Virus record (IMG/VR): IMGVR_UViG_3300033143_005857 | Span: 12,387-76,386 of that record | Reading direction: 5' to 3' (one strand) | DNA from: a virus | Length of the DNA stretch: 64,000 bases | In this document: piece after piece, positions 30,849 through 40,674 of the stretch | Layout: each line of letters starts with the position of its first letter | How positions within the stretch are numbered: position 1 is the stretch's first letter | Notes under the pieces: generated by a model | What the model was told of the DNA's origin: nothing | Seen by the model: the letters and a program-made list of their open reading frames with translations, nothing else | Databases searched by the model: none | Program-made: the position numbers and the translations under genes

Positions 30849-31731
30849 GTTTTTCAAGCCATCTTTTACTTTTTTCTTCAATATAGTTGTCTAATGTTCC
30901 TCGATATATTGTATCTCCATCTTTCTCCGATTTAACACGTTGATAAAATGGATATTTGCCAATATCTACACAATTTTGCTTTGGAGCATAGAATTTGCAG
31001 TGATAGTATCGTGTTCTTGCTTTGTTGCTAATTATACTAATAGATATCTTACGTGGAGTATCTAAATATAAATCTTTTCTGGAAAGGATTCCACCAGAAG
31101 ACTTCATTAATACATCAGCATGGCGTCCATTTATAGCAAATCTACACCCAATTAACTTTTCTAACTGTGTAGTTGTAAGATTGTGGTGTTTGTAATATTG
31201 TTTTGGCTGTCTAAAATATTCTAATTTTGGTGGCACAAATGCAATATTTATTGGAATCCAATAACCATAACCTCCTTTACCGTCTACACAAGCTTCTGGA
31301 GAAACAAAGCCGACTAAGCTACCTTTAATATATTTTGGCATTTTTTCAATATAACCAAATTGTCGTTCACAATGATAAACACAGTCAACACATTTTTCTA
31401 TGAGATAATTTGCTACTGAAACTGTAATACAATTTTCTGGTTTTGTTTGTAATATTGACCAGCATAAAGTTGTCATAAACTCGTGTTCTTCTTGTTTATA
31501 ATTAAGTTCGATATACGTTCCTCCAACTTGGACTTTGCATTCATCATACAAATCAAATAGTGCAGCAAAATTATATTTTTTAAACACGCTCAATATCCAA
31601 TCTAAGCCTTGTTCTAAATACAAATCGTTATCAAACATAATAGTAGCACCAAGTTCTTCAAATTGAGCACTTAACTCTGTCAATTTAAGATATTTGTTTG
31701 TAAGAGCCTCGATTTCTACAACATCCACCAC
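30823..31731 (-). CDS. hypothetical protein
   Basis: 302-aa ORF. Confidence 0.6.
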   Translation of the reverse strand: MVDVVEIEALTNKYLKLTELSAQFEELGATIMFDNDLYLEQGLDWILSVFKKYNFAALFDLYDECKVQVGGTYIELNYKQEEHEFMTTLCWSILQTKPENCITVSVANYLIEKCVDCVYHCERQFGYIEKMPKYIKGSLVGFVSPEACVDGKGGYGYWIPINIAFVPPKLEYFRQPKQYYKHHNLTTTQLEKLIGCRFAINGRHADVLMKSSGGILSRKDLYLDTPRKISISIISNKARTRYYHCKFYAPKQNCVDIGKYPFYQRVKSEKDGDTIYRGTLDNYIEEKSKRWLEKHAKTTHTK

Positions 31732-31733
31732 AA

Positions 31734-31991
31734 TCAGTCCTCTTTGATAGAAACAAGGATATAATTTCGTCCACGCACCTTTCGTAATACAACACCGTTT
31801 CGAGTTAATTCTTCACGAATTAGCTTTGGAATCCAAGTTGTTATGTAGTCAGATGCAGTAAAACCAAAAAATTTTTCGATTACTGTTAAATCCATTTCGA
31901 CAATACTTCCTTTGTTTTTGCTAATAAACTGTTTAGCGTTTTCTTTAAATTGTAAACACTTATCTGTTAGACTTAGTTGTTTTCTGAACAT
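31734..31991 (-). CDS. hypothetical protein
   Basis: Likely start MFRKQ. Confidence 0.45.
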   Translation of the reverse strand: MFRKQLSLTDKCLQFKENAKQFISKNKGSIVEMDLTVIEKFFGFTASDYITTWIPKLIREELTRNGVVLRKVRGRNYILVSIKED

Positions 31992-32301
31992 TTTTCTTTC
32001 CCTTCTTTGCTGTTTTTTTAGTTTTTTTATTAAGTTTTGTAATTCCAATTGCTGCTGCCTCTTCCAAAGCAAGCACAAGATCGTCGTTTAGCTCTTTGAG
32101 TTTTCTCTTATCATCAACATGCTGTGAGATCACTTCTTCTTGGTGCTTGAATAATAACTCAAATTTGGCTTCACTTTGATTGTTTGCTTTTATAAGCTTA
32201 GTAATATACTTTTGATTGTTTGTATTTTTTAGGCGAAGAATTTCTTGTTTGAGAAGATTTACTTCCGTTTGCTTCTTTTTAATTTTGCTGTTGTTGTTCA
32301 T
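31960..32301 (-). CDS. basic coiled-coil protein
   Basis: 113-aa ORF. Confidence 0.5.
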   Translation of the reverse strand: MNNNSKIKKKQTEVNLLKQEILRLKNTNNQKYITKLIKANNQSEAKFELLFKHQEEVISQHVDDKRKLKELNDDLVLALEEAAAIGITKLNKKTKKTAKKGKKNVQKTTKSNR

Positions 32302-32340
32302 TGTGGTTAATCCTTTTATGCTTTGTTTGAAATAAAAAAA

Positions 32341-33339
32341 TTAGGCTACTAAAACTTGGTAAGCCTTTTCACGTAAGATTTCAAGTGTTCGTTCGCTTGA
32401 TTTGTCTGAATCGGTATGAGTTCCAACAAACGAGAGTGCTTGGCTCAACGCAAATGCTGTTTCACTGTTGTCGAACTCGTGCTTAAAGCGGTTAATCAAA
32501 GCAGTTTTAACATTGCGAATTTTGTCTTCGTCTTTGATGCTAAGTTTTAAATTTGTGATATATTTAATACCAACTTCCAAAGTCATTGCCTTAGTTGCAC
32601 CAGCAGTTATCATTTTTTGTGCAATTGAAGCAATTTCAACTGCAGATGTTAATGTTGTGCTTAATCTTTCTCGCCAATTTGCAGTATGTTTTATGCTGGT
32701 ATAATTTGCACAAATTACAGAATTTTGGCAGCTTGCAATTTTCATTTCGGTCATTACCTTAATTGCAGCCGTTTTAATGTTTCTACCAGATGTCACTTTG
32801 ATCTTTATGTCAAAATTGTCCAGTTCTGTTTCAAACATGCCGTAAGTCTTTTCCCAGATTAAAACACGGTTAAATTCTGTTTCAACAACGTCTTCTCCAA
32901 GAAATTCTTTTACTTCTTTACGCACTTGTCTGAAAGTAATAACTTGATGCTTCAAAGTGCTAAAAGCGTAAACAAACATATTGCCATTGTAGTCCGAAGC
33001 GTTAATTTGCAACATTCTACCATTCTGTTGATTAAGAATTGCTTGAAGTTCTGCAACTGTGTCAGAACTGTTTGATCTAACCATATCTTGTAATTCACGT
33101 CGTTTCATGCCGAGAAAGTCTGCTAACATACCAATTTTTGCCCAGCCAACACAGATTAAGTATTCGTTTGGGTTTTTTGGATCACGGATTTTAAGCACTG
33201 GCTTCCGTTTTTTAGCCATGCTTTCAACGATCAAATCGCTTGCACGAATTTTGATGTTTAGAAATTTACCACGCAAGTTATACTCTAATTTCCCATCGGT
33301 TTCTGGGTTTGAGTCCAAAAGTTTAGTTTGGTTTAACAT
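32341..33339 (-). CDS. DUF932-like hypothetical protein
   Basis: C.N...I.H and T...L.QA.S..GTH pattern. Confidence 0.5.
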   Translation of the reverse strand: MLNQTKLLDSNPETDGKLEYNLRGKFLNIKIRASDLIVESMAKKRKPVLKIRDPKNPNEYLICVGWAKIGMLADFLGMKRRELQDMVRSNSSDTVAELQAILNQQNGRMLQINASDYNGNMFVYAFSTLKHQVITFRQVRKEVKEFLGEDVVETEFNRVLIWEKTYGMFETELDNFDIKIKVTSGRNIKTAAIKVMTEMKIASCQNSVICANYTSIKHTANWRERLSTTLTSAVEIASIAQKMITAGATKAMTLEVGIKYITNLKLSIKDEDKIRNVKTALINRFKHEFDNSETAFALSQALSFVGTHTDSDKSSERTLEILREKAYQVLVA

Positions 33340-33429
33340 AGTTGGTTTGCACCAATGAAATAGTAGAACACAACATATTTAAGATTACTTAGTATCAACT
33401 ACATTTCAACGTTGTTTGGAAATTTATCA

Positions 33430-33444
33430 AAAATTTACATATAT
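33430..33444 (+). promoter_or_regulatory. putative late promoter motif
   Basis: AAAATTTACATATAT upstream of the + strand island. Confidence 0.7.
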
Positions 33445-33496
33445 TCAGCAATAGAAAATTAAGTTAATTACAATTAAAATCAATATTGATGATTAT

Positions 33497-34000
33497 ATGG
33501 CTATTACAACAATTCTCGACGAATATAACACTGTTGGTGAAACAGAAACCCAAAATGTCACAAATTGTAATATGGGAAGTGATGATTCACCAAACCTTGT
33601 TCCAGCTACTTATCCAATTAATGCTGGAAATAACGCTTTTGAGAAATATAATAAAATGAGATTTACTGGGACAGCAAATAAAGTAAATAAATTAAAGGTA
33701 TGGATATCTGCTGGAACTTTAGATGCTGAAGCAGCCCTAAAGACTTGTGCTCGTGAAGCTGCTTATGTAGAAAGAACATTTGTGACGCCAACAGAAACAA
33801 CAAGCACACAAGCAACTGAAGATATGCCAACAAGCGAACCGTCTGGTGCTAATCTTGGAATTGGTGGAATTTTAGCTGGTGAACATACTGCTTTTCCAGA
33901 CGTTTCGGATTATTTGGTGCAACAATATCAGACAACTGCTTCTCATCCAGCGGGAGATATTACACAACTAACATTAACATTCCAATGGGACGAACAATAA
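33497..34000 (+). CDS. putative virion structural protein
   Basis: Thr/Gly-rich beta protein ending TFQWDEQ; behind the late motif. Confidence 0.55.
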   Translation: MAITTILDEYNTVGETETQNVTNCNMGSDDSPNLVPATYPINAGNNAFEKYNKMRFTGTANKVNKLKVWISAGTLDAEAALKTCAREAAYVERTFVTPTETTSTQATEDMPTSEPSGANLGIGGILAGEHTAFPDVSDYLVQQYQTTASHPAGDITQLTLTFQWDEQ

Positions 34001-34018
34001 ACACTTTTTTACGAATAA

Positions 34019-34477
34019 ATGGAGGGCAATTCAATGCCACATCAATGGTTAGCACAATTAAAAGATAAAACTCAGATAAAACAGTTTGATAATGAAGGAA
34101 AAACTACGTGGGATAATGGAGAGAATAGTTTTCAGTTAGTCACAGATGCTGAAAAACAGAACAATTTAGATATATTTTTTGTTATTGCAGAAAAAAATAC
34201 TTTTGCTGTTGATTTGAATACTGGATTTTTCTATATTGACAATATTGCATTAGATCCAGCACCAGAACTAACTATGAAGAAAGAGAAATATCGAATAATT
34301 TATTGGAGACAAAGAAGAGAACAGCGTGGACCACAGAAAACACGAGAAGGAATTTATCTTAATGCTATCTTACTTGGTTGGCAAGTTCTCATTAATGGTG
34401 CAAATCATCAGCGTATGATGTTTATTACTCCAAACAATAGCGGTAATTATACTGTTGAAATCAGAAAAAAACATTAG
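34019..34477 (+). CDS. hypothetical phage protein
   Basis: W.A...D, VDL.TG.F, LLGWQ pattern. Confidence 0.55.
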   Translation: MEGNSMPHQWLAQLKDKTQIKQFDNEGKTTWDNGENSFQLVTDAEKQNNLDIFFVIAEKNTFAVDLNTGFFYIDNIALDPAPELTMKKEKYRIIYWRQRREQRGPQKTREGIYLNAILLGWQVLINGANHQRMMFITPNNSGNYTVEIRKKH

Positions 34478-34485
34478 GAGAAGTA

Positions 34486-34869
34486 ATGTTGACAGAAATA
34501 ACATTACCAAGTTGGACAGACCAGCTAAGAATTTCTGTTTTTGCTGGAAATGAATTGGTAGCACAACGAGATGTTATTTCTATATTTAATCCTATAACAA
34601 AAAAGCATGAAATGCACGTTCAACCATTTAAAATAAAAGTTGGACGATGTTGTGGGTGTGGAGATTGTTGTGGTGAAGGAGGGTCGCCATTTCCACCTAA
34701 AATGTTAGAAGAAGTAAAACAAAGACTTAAAGATTATGAATATTCCAAACATACACCTTGTCCTTTTTTAGCAGATGATGGATGTATTTTGAAAGGGAAA
34801 ATCCTTTTCTCGTGTGCTTCATCGAATTGTGAAGGATGGTCGAAGAATTGCACAGAGGTGCTTAAATAA
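34486..34869 (+). CDS. CxxCxxCC-type Fe-S/zinc protein
   Basis: CCGCGDCC...CPFL....C. Confidence 0.6.
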   Translation: MLTEITLPSWTDQLRISVFAGNELVAQRDVISIFNPITKKHEMHVQPFKIKVGRCCGCGDCCGEGGSPFPPKMLEEVKQRLKDYEYSKHTPCPFLADDGCILKGKILFSCASSNCEGWSKNCTEVLK

Positions 34870-36749
34870 TGGCTGGCTCTGATTATAATCTCACTAATGA
34901 GCGGATCGGGATTGATGGTGCGAGTTCGATTACATGGCAAGGGACTTGTGATCATGTTTCTTTAACAGATTGGGCTAAAACAAATAAGGCTATTATTTCT
35001 GTGTTTGTGCAGTCTACATCGCACACACCAACAACTGATTATTTTCAATTGCGTTGGCGAAATGCCACCGATTCTGGAACTTTTACAACATTAACCACAA
35101 GCGGAGAATTACAGCGAGGTATTTCAGCGGGTGCTATAAACAACGGTGATCCCGTTGGAGGTAGTGCTGGTTGTCAAACTACTGAATCTGATGAAGAAGT
35201 TGAAAATGAATCCCCACTCCAATCTCAATCCTTTAGCCCGTCGCAGAATGCTTATATTGAAATCCAATTTTGTGTAGATATTAGTAATGCTCTTGATGGA
35301 AAAGAGTATGAGTTTGATGTTTACGACGGAACAGATTCAGTTGGAACAATCACACCAACTATAACCATAGCTGCTGGAGCAACACCACAATCAATTACTA
35401 AAAATGCTAATGCACGAGTTGTATCAGAAGAATTTATTGCAAAAGTTGTAAATGCTCGTATTGTAGACCAGTTCTCAATTGAAAAAGCATTAGATTCTCG
35501 TGTTATTGGACATATTTCAATTGATAAGGTATTAGATTCTCGTGTTATTGGACATATTTCAATTGATAAGGTATTAGATGTTAGGGTTATAACAAAAAAG
35601 TTTATAGCAAAAGTAGTAAATGCTTTAGTTGTATCTTCAAATTCGATACCAAAAACTGCAGATGCACGTGTTATTGGGAATATCTCAATTGATAAGGTAT
35701 TAAACGCTCGTATTATAAACAAATTTTCAATTGATAAAATAGTAAACGTTTTGGTTGTAGCTTCAAATTTTATCCCAAAAACTGTAAACTCTCGTGTTAT
35801 TGGGCATATCTCAATTGATAAAGCATTAGATTCTCGTGTTATTGGACATATTTCAATACAAAAAACAGCAAATGCACGTGTTATTGGGCATATCTCAATT
35901 GATAAATCAGCAAATATTCGTATTGTAGATCAATTCTCAATACCAAAAACTATAAACTCTCGGGTTATTGGACATATTTCAATTGATAAAGTAGCAAACG
36001 CACGTATTGTTGACCAGTTCTCAATAGATAAAGTATTAAACGCACGTGCAATCGGACATATCTCAATTGATAAAACAATTAATGCAAAAATTATTGGTGG
36101 AGTAATACAAAATTCTATTAATAAGGTAGAAGATGCACGTGTTATTGGGCATATCTCAATTGATAAAGTATTAATCGCACGTATTGTAAATGATTTCAAT
36201 ATTACTAAAACAGCAAGTGCTCGTGTATACAGAAAAGAATCTATCACAAAAGATATTAATTCTCATGTAATAGGACATATTTTTATTGTAAAACAAACAA
36301 ATATTAGGGTTATAGCAAAAGAATCATTAGACAAAACAATAATCGTTCGTATATACAAAAAAGAATCTATAGATAAAACAGCAAGTGCTCGTGTATATAA
36401 AAAAGAGTTTATCACCAAAGACATTAATTCTCGTATAGTTAGGTTTGAATCCATAGATAAAAATATAAATATTTTTGTGACTGGTGTAAATTCAATAGAG
36501 AAAGTATTAAATGCACGGATATTTGCAGTAGTTTCTATCGATAAAACGGTAAATATAAAAGTAGTTCTTGATAAAAAATTAAACAAAGTAATAAATGTAT
36601 GTGTGGTTAATGTTGCTTATACCACGAAAACTGTTAATATTACAGTAGTTATTATTGAAAACACAGTTTTACATGCCGATGTTAGCAAATACAAAGACTT
36701 AAGAGCAACAGCAATTCCGTATAACAAATTATATACAACAATAACATAG
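34869..36749 (+). CDS. fibre-like protein with ~30 tandem 14-aa repeats
   Basis: Globular N-domain then SIDKVLDSRVIGHI-like repeats. Confidence 0.7.
   Translation: MAGSDYNLTNERIGIDGASSITWQGTCDHVSLTDWAKTNKAIISVFVQSTSHTPTTDYFQLRWRNATDSGTFTTLTTSGELQRGISAGAINNGDPVGGSAGCQTTESDEEVENESPLQSQSFSPSQNAYIEIQFCVDISNALDGKEYEFDVYDGTDSVGTITPTITIAAGATPQSITKNANARVVSEEFIAKVVNARIVDQFSIEKALDSRVIGHISIDKVLDSRVIGHISIDKVLDVRVITKKFIAKVVNALVVSSNSIPKTADARVIGNISIDKVLNARIINKFSIDKIVNVLVVASNFIPKTVNSRVIGHISIDKALDSRVIGHISIQKTANARVIGHISIDKSANIRIVDQFSIPKTINSRVIGHISIDKVANARIVDQFSIDKVLNARAIGHISIDKTINAKIIGGVIQNSINKVEDARVIGHISIDKVLIARIVNDFNITKTASARVYRKESITKDINSHVIGHIFIVKQTNIRVIAKESLDKTIIVRIYKKESIDKTASARVYKKEFITKDINSRIVRFESIDKNINIFVTGVNSIEKVLNARIFAVVSIDKTVNIKVVLDKKLNKVINVCVVNVAYTTKTVNITVVIIENTVLHADVSKYKDLRATAIPYNKLYTTIT
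35391..36650 (+). repeat. 42-bp coding tandem repeat (~30 degenerate units)
   Basis: Recurrent cgtgttattggacatatttcaattgataa at 42-bp period. Confidence 0.85.
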
Positions 36750-36760
36750 AAGGTTAAATT

Positions 36761-37132
36761 ATGTCAGTTGAAGATGAATTAGAGCCAATAAATCTAAACA
36801 CATTTATTGGAAACGACGTTTCGTGGACGTTTACGGTAAAAGACGAAAACAACGCAACACCAAATATTACTGCTGCAAAGCTTACTTTTACCTTAAAGGA
36901 TGAAATTGAAGGAACTGTGCTATTCCAAAGAAAGAATAGTGCTGCTGGTGGAGATGATACTGAAATAGAAATTACAGATGGTTCAAACGGAGAGTTTGTG
37001 TTATATATTGTGCAAACAAATACTATCAGCTTAGATATTTTTAAGACATATTATTATGATATCGAAATTGATCTTGTAAATTATGGCTTGAAAACAGTCG
37101 CACACGGAGAATTTATTGTGAATGGTAAATAA
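36761..37132 (+). CDS. BppU N-terminal-like Ig-fold virion protein
   Basis: G.D....FTVKD, I.ITD..NG.F, YYYDIE, G.F.V pattern. Confidence 0.6.
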   Translation: MSVEDELEPINLNTFIGNDVSWTFTVKDENNATPNITAAKLTFTLKDEIEGTVLFQRKNSAAGGDDTEIEITDGSNGEFVLYIVQTNTISLDIFKTYYYDIEIDLVNYGLKTVAHGEFIVNGK

Positions 37133-37171
37133 CGTTTACGTAAATGAAATATAACGTTTACGTAAACGTTA
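37129..37171. repeat. tandem ATAACGTTTACGTAAA with a 20-bp perfect palindrome
   Basis: TAACGTTTACGTAAACGTTA at 37152-37171, between convergent genes. Confidence 0.7.
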
Positions 37172-38194
37172 ATCATAAATTGGATTTCGTCTACCACAAT
37201 CTTCTGGACAGTAGCCTTTTTTTCTTATTTCGTGGCATGTTGGCATGTAATAGTCTTTGTGCATAATACTTCTAAACTTTCTGCCAAGATGTCCAGAATG
37301 ACGTCGTTTCCGTGCTGTTCCGAAATAGTGGTTAAATTCGTTGCTTGTAAACGATTTTCTTAGTATTGCAATAATTTCCTCAACTGAATATGGTATGCTT
37401 GTTGCTTGCTGGTCTTTTAGGTATAAAACAAGTAAGAATTTACCTTCACCGCTTAGATTCGGTGAACTTAGCCATGTTTGAACACACGGAGGAAATAGTT
37501 TGTATTCTACTTCTACTTTTACGTCGATATCCATTAGATTTGCTGCTATGTTTTCAAAGTCCATGTATAGATATTCATCTATATCCCAGCGTTGTAGACT
37601 TAATAGATATTTGCCAGCGAAACCACTCACAAAGTGTTGTTGTGAAGCATATTCATGAAACCATGATTCGCTTCGCTTCGTTCTAAATACTTTTTCATGT
37701 AATGGCACGCAATAACGTAATCCTTTAAAATTATACGTGTTTGGATAGCGAAAGATACGAGACGTGTCTCCAATTACTTTAGGATCGTTTTTAATTTGTA
37801 TTTGATGTTGTAAAAACCGTTGAAAATTGCCTATTGATTCTTTCTTGTTTGATACAACACCGTCTGTAAATATTAAACACTGAGTTCCACGACCGCTAAA
37901 CTGATTATATCGTAATATATCATATTTGTCGCACCAAGCATTTATTTTATAAATATCGTCTAACCAATCATCATCAAAATCAAAAAATACTTTATCGATG
38001 ACTGCTGTGCTTCGGTCTAATTCGCCTTCTTCTGTTAATGTTCTAAATTTATATACGCTAATGTAGAGATCGTTAGTTTTTATGTATTTTTTAATGTAGT
38101 CATCACGTTGTTCAGCAGTAAAAGCAATAAAACGCTGTCGTGGATTTCCCATAGAACGAGGGAAATCGGAAATTAAGTTAGCAGATTTGGTCAT
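37169..38194 (-). CDS. archaeo-eukaryotic primase with fused PriL-like C-terminal domain
   Basis: FFDFD, SGRG, D..RIFRYP.T.N, then FPPC...Y..PTC......YC..DC. Confidence 0.8.
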   Translation of the reverse strand: MTKSANLISDFPRSMGNPRQRFIAFTAEQRDDYIKKYIKTNDLYISVYKFRTLTEEGELDRSTAVIDKVFFDFDDDWLDDIYKINAWCDKYDILRYNQFSGRGTQCLIFTDGVVSNKKESIGNFQRFLQHQIQIKNDPKVIGDTSRIFRYPNTYNFKGLRYCVPLHEKVFRTKRSESWFHEYASQQHFVSGFAGKYLLSLQRWDIDEYLYMDFENIAANLMDIDVKVEVEYKLFPPCVQTWLSSPNLSGEGKFLLVLYLKDQQATSIPYSVEEIIAILRKSFTSNEFNHYFGTARKRRHSGHLGRKFRSIMHKDYYMPTCHEIRKKGYCPEDCGRRNPIYD

Positions 38195-38439
38195 TCTAAT
38201 TGTTCCATTTTGAGTTTTTTGCGATATTTGTTGGCAAGTGTTTTGTCTTGACGATCAAGAAATGTTCTATAACCTTCATCTGTTTTGTATGCGTTTAATG
38301 ACCTTTTTCTATTTTTTCGTGCAAATGCTTTATTGATTCTATTTGGTCTATGTGGACAATTAACACAAGGCAAAGATAGGTCGCATAAAAGCACATTTCT
38401 ACATGCGTTTTTACTGTTTAAGTTTTTCTTTTTTACCAT
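38191..38439 (-). CDS. small Cys-rich basic protein
   Basis: 82-aa ORF overlapping both neighbours. Confidence 0.5.
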   Translation of the reverse strand: MVKKKNLNSKNACRNVLLCDLSLPCVNCPHRPNRINKAFARKNRKRSLNAYKTDEGYRTFLDRQDKTLANKYRKKLKMEQLE

Positions 38440-39427
38440 ATCCCATCAACTTTACATGTTTTATATTTGCTTTAATTCTTTTCTTTGCTAATAAAATAGC
38501 TTTCTTATTTTTATCTATACCTATAAATTGTCGATTTAATTTTTTAGCAACAAGTAATGTAGTTCCACTACCACAGAATGCGTCTAATACAAGATCATAT
38601 TCATTAGAAGATGTTTTGATTATTCTTTCAAGTAATGATTCTGGTTTTTGTGTAGGATAGTTAAGATTTTCTTTAGAGGACGAACTTAAATATGTTATAT
38701 CATCCCATAACGAATGAACTCTTTGTCCAGCATAATTATCAGCATAAATCTTATAACGCAACTTGCCATTACTTGTAAAATAAAATATACGGTTGTTTTT
38801 AGCCCACCTTTCATCAATTGTTTTTTGTGACCATCTCCAACCAATATCTGTTGTTTTAACAACCTTTTTTCCACTTGGATAATAAAATGTTCGTGTTTCT
38901 CCATTAAATTTGAAATTTTGTTTTTGTTCTAAACTTGCAATTGGGTTAAATTTTCTATTAGTTATAGGTTCTATATAACTAAATTTGGTTAGATTTTTGT
39001 TAGATCTATATTGAATATTAAATGTATAGATTGTAGACTTAACGTAAAAAAGGATAGTATCAGTAATATTATCATATTCGTTGCTTAAATCGTGTGGTGA
39101 ACATCTTTTCCATATTATCTTACTTTTCATATTTTTATAACCAAATATATTGTCGCACACTACTCTAAGATAACTATCTGCATGATAATCACAATGTAAA
39201 TAAAAACTACCAGTTCTTTTTAATATTCGGTAAATTTCCATAACTCTAACTTTTATAAATTGAATATAATCCATTATAGAATAAAATTTATCATTAAACT
39301 CTACAAAATCACGCTGTGTAAAAAATGGTGGGTCGATGTAGCATAGATCAACACTTTCATTAGGAAGATTTTGCAGAATCTCTAAATTATCTCCACAAAT
39401 TATTTTTTTAATTGACTTTTTTACCAT
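38411..39427 (-). CDS. DNA amino-methyltransferase (N6-A/N4-C, beta class)
   Basis: GDNL, YIDPPF, YPTQKP..LLERII, VLDAFCGSGTT. Confidence 0.92.
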   Translation of the reverse strand: MVKKSIKKIICGDNLEILQNLPNESVDLCYIDPPFFTQRDFVEFNDKFYSIMDYIQFIKVRVMEIYRILKRTGSFYLHCDYHADSYLRVVCDNIFGYKNMKSKIIWKRCSPHDLSNEYDNITDTILFYVKSTIYTFNIQYRSNKNLTKFSYIEPITNRKFNPIASLEQKQNFKFNGETRTFYYPSGKKVVKTTDIGWRWSQKTIDERWAKNNRIFYFTSNGKLRYKIYADNYAGQRVHSLWDDITYLSSSSKENLNYPTQKPESLLERIIKTSSNEYDLVLDAFCGSGTTLLVAKKLNRQFIGIDKNKKAILLAKKRIKANIKHVKLMGYGKKEKLKQ

Positions 39428-39442
39428 ATCCCATCAACTTTA
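38428..39442. repeat. 27-bp direct repeats flanking the methyltransferase
   Basis: CTTTTTTACCATATCCCATCAACTTTA at 38428-38454 and 39416-39442. Confidence 0.85.
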
Positions 39443-39734
39443 TATGCTTGATTTTTGGTTCTTTTACTGGTATTTTACAATTTTTACATACTCCAGCAGT
39501 AATACTAACTCTTTTTTCTTTACAATAGCCGACAAGCTTCCATGTTTCCTTTACTTCGCTGCTTTCTTTACTATCAGTAAAAAATGGACAAAAAGGTAAT
39601 TTGGCTTTACAAACTGGACAGACTAACTTTCCTTCCTTATCTTGCGTGAAATTAAATGCTTCCTCTGTAAAACCGCACTTTTCACACGAATAGATGTTAT
39701 GTCCGTAATGTTTCATCGATATTCTTGTTGTCAT
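39408..39734 (-). CDS. zinc-ribbon protein
   Basis: CEKC...CPVC plus further Cys. Confidence 0.55.
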   Translation of the reverse strand: MTTRISMKHYGHNIYSCEKCGFTEEAFNFTQDKEGKLVCPVCKAKLPFCPFFTDSKESSEVKETWKLVGYCKEKRVSITAGVCKNCKIPVKEPKIKHIKLMGYGKKVN

Positions 39735-39998
39735 TTAATAAACCTCATAACTTCCTTTAATAAACGACCTTATTAGTATTATATAACCAATAATAATAAA
39801 GATAAATAATATTCCAATAGCACACAATATTATAATCCACCAACTATTTAATTCAACAAGTAAAAATAAATATCCGCTTTGATAATTATCAATTATTGTA
39901 AATAGTAGCAATGTAAACACAATAAAACTTAGTGCAACAAGACTACCAACCAAAACAAAAAACCAAGCAGCAACCAAATTATTTTTAAATTTAATCAT
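39735..39998 (-). CDS. membrane protein
   Basis: Two long hydrophobic helices. Confidence 0.55.
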   Translation of the reverse strand: MIKFKNNLVAAWFFVLVGSLVALSFIVFTLLLFTIIDNYQSGYLFLLVELNSWWIIILCAIGILFIFIIIGYIILIRSFIKGSYEVY

Positions 39999-40674
39999 TT
40001 TCTTGTTCTCCTATATCATCAAAGATAATTGGGATTAATGTTTGAAAATAGTTTAGAACTTCTAACATTATTTCTCTAATTTGTGGATGAGCGTATTTGC
40101 TTGTTCTCAGCTTAAGAATATGTCGCCACTCTGTAGGATTTGCACTTATTACAATATGTGTTTTAACATCAATTGGCAATACACCTCTTGCTTCTTGTGG
40201 AGTTTTACCTTCCTCTATTAATGTTTTGTAAGTAGATTCAGCAACAAGCATATTTTGCAGCCAATAGTGTGCTGGAGTAATAGGCTCATACATGAAATCT
40301 ATTGGCATATTGAGTTTTTGAGTTGCTTCTTTAATCCATAAAGGTTTGATAACAGTTAATTCTCTGTTATGTTTTTCCTTATTGTAATTGCAATAACGAG
40401 TGCTTTCTTGTGCATAACTTGCCAATCGATGTCTAACCAATTCGTGACTTAAACCACGATTACTAATTATATCAACTGTTATTAATCCACCATGCTCAAG
40501 CATAGCAAAATGCCCTTTAGCAACAAGGTCTTTGCATAATTTTTTATAACTGTTCTTAGTTATACGTTCCTCTGATTTATAGCAAACACGTGCTATTCGT
40601 TCAATTCTCTTAAGCATTTTTATACCGTCTAAGTCCTCATGTATAAACCAATTTTGCTCTATTACCTTTACCAT
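39991..40674 (-). CDS. thyX: flavin-dependent thymidylate synthase
   Basis: HELVRHR.ASY.QESTRY, ARGVLP, AHPQIR. Confidence 0.93.
   Translation of the reverse strand: MVKVIEQNWFIHEDLDGIKMLKRIERIARVCYKSEERITKNSYKKLCKDLVAKGHFAMLEHGGLITVDIISNRGLSHELVRHRLASYAQESTRYCNYNKEKHNRELTVIKPLWIKEATQKLNMPIDFMYEPITPAHYWLQNMLVAESTYKTLIEEGKTPQEARGVLPIDVKTHIVISANPTEWRHILKLRTSKYAHPQIREIMLEVLNYFQTLIPIIFDDIGEQEND

Noticed and set aside
35321-36586. Three antisense ORFs with repeats
   Set aside because: Shadows of the 42-bp coding repeat on the + strand
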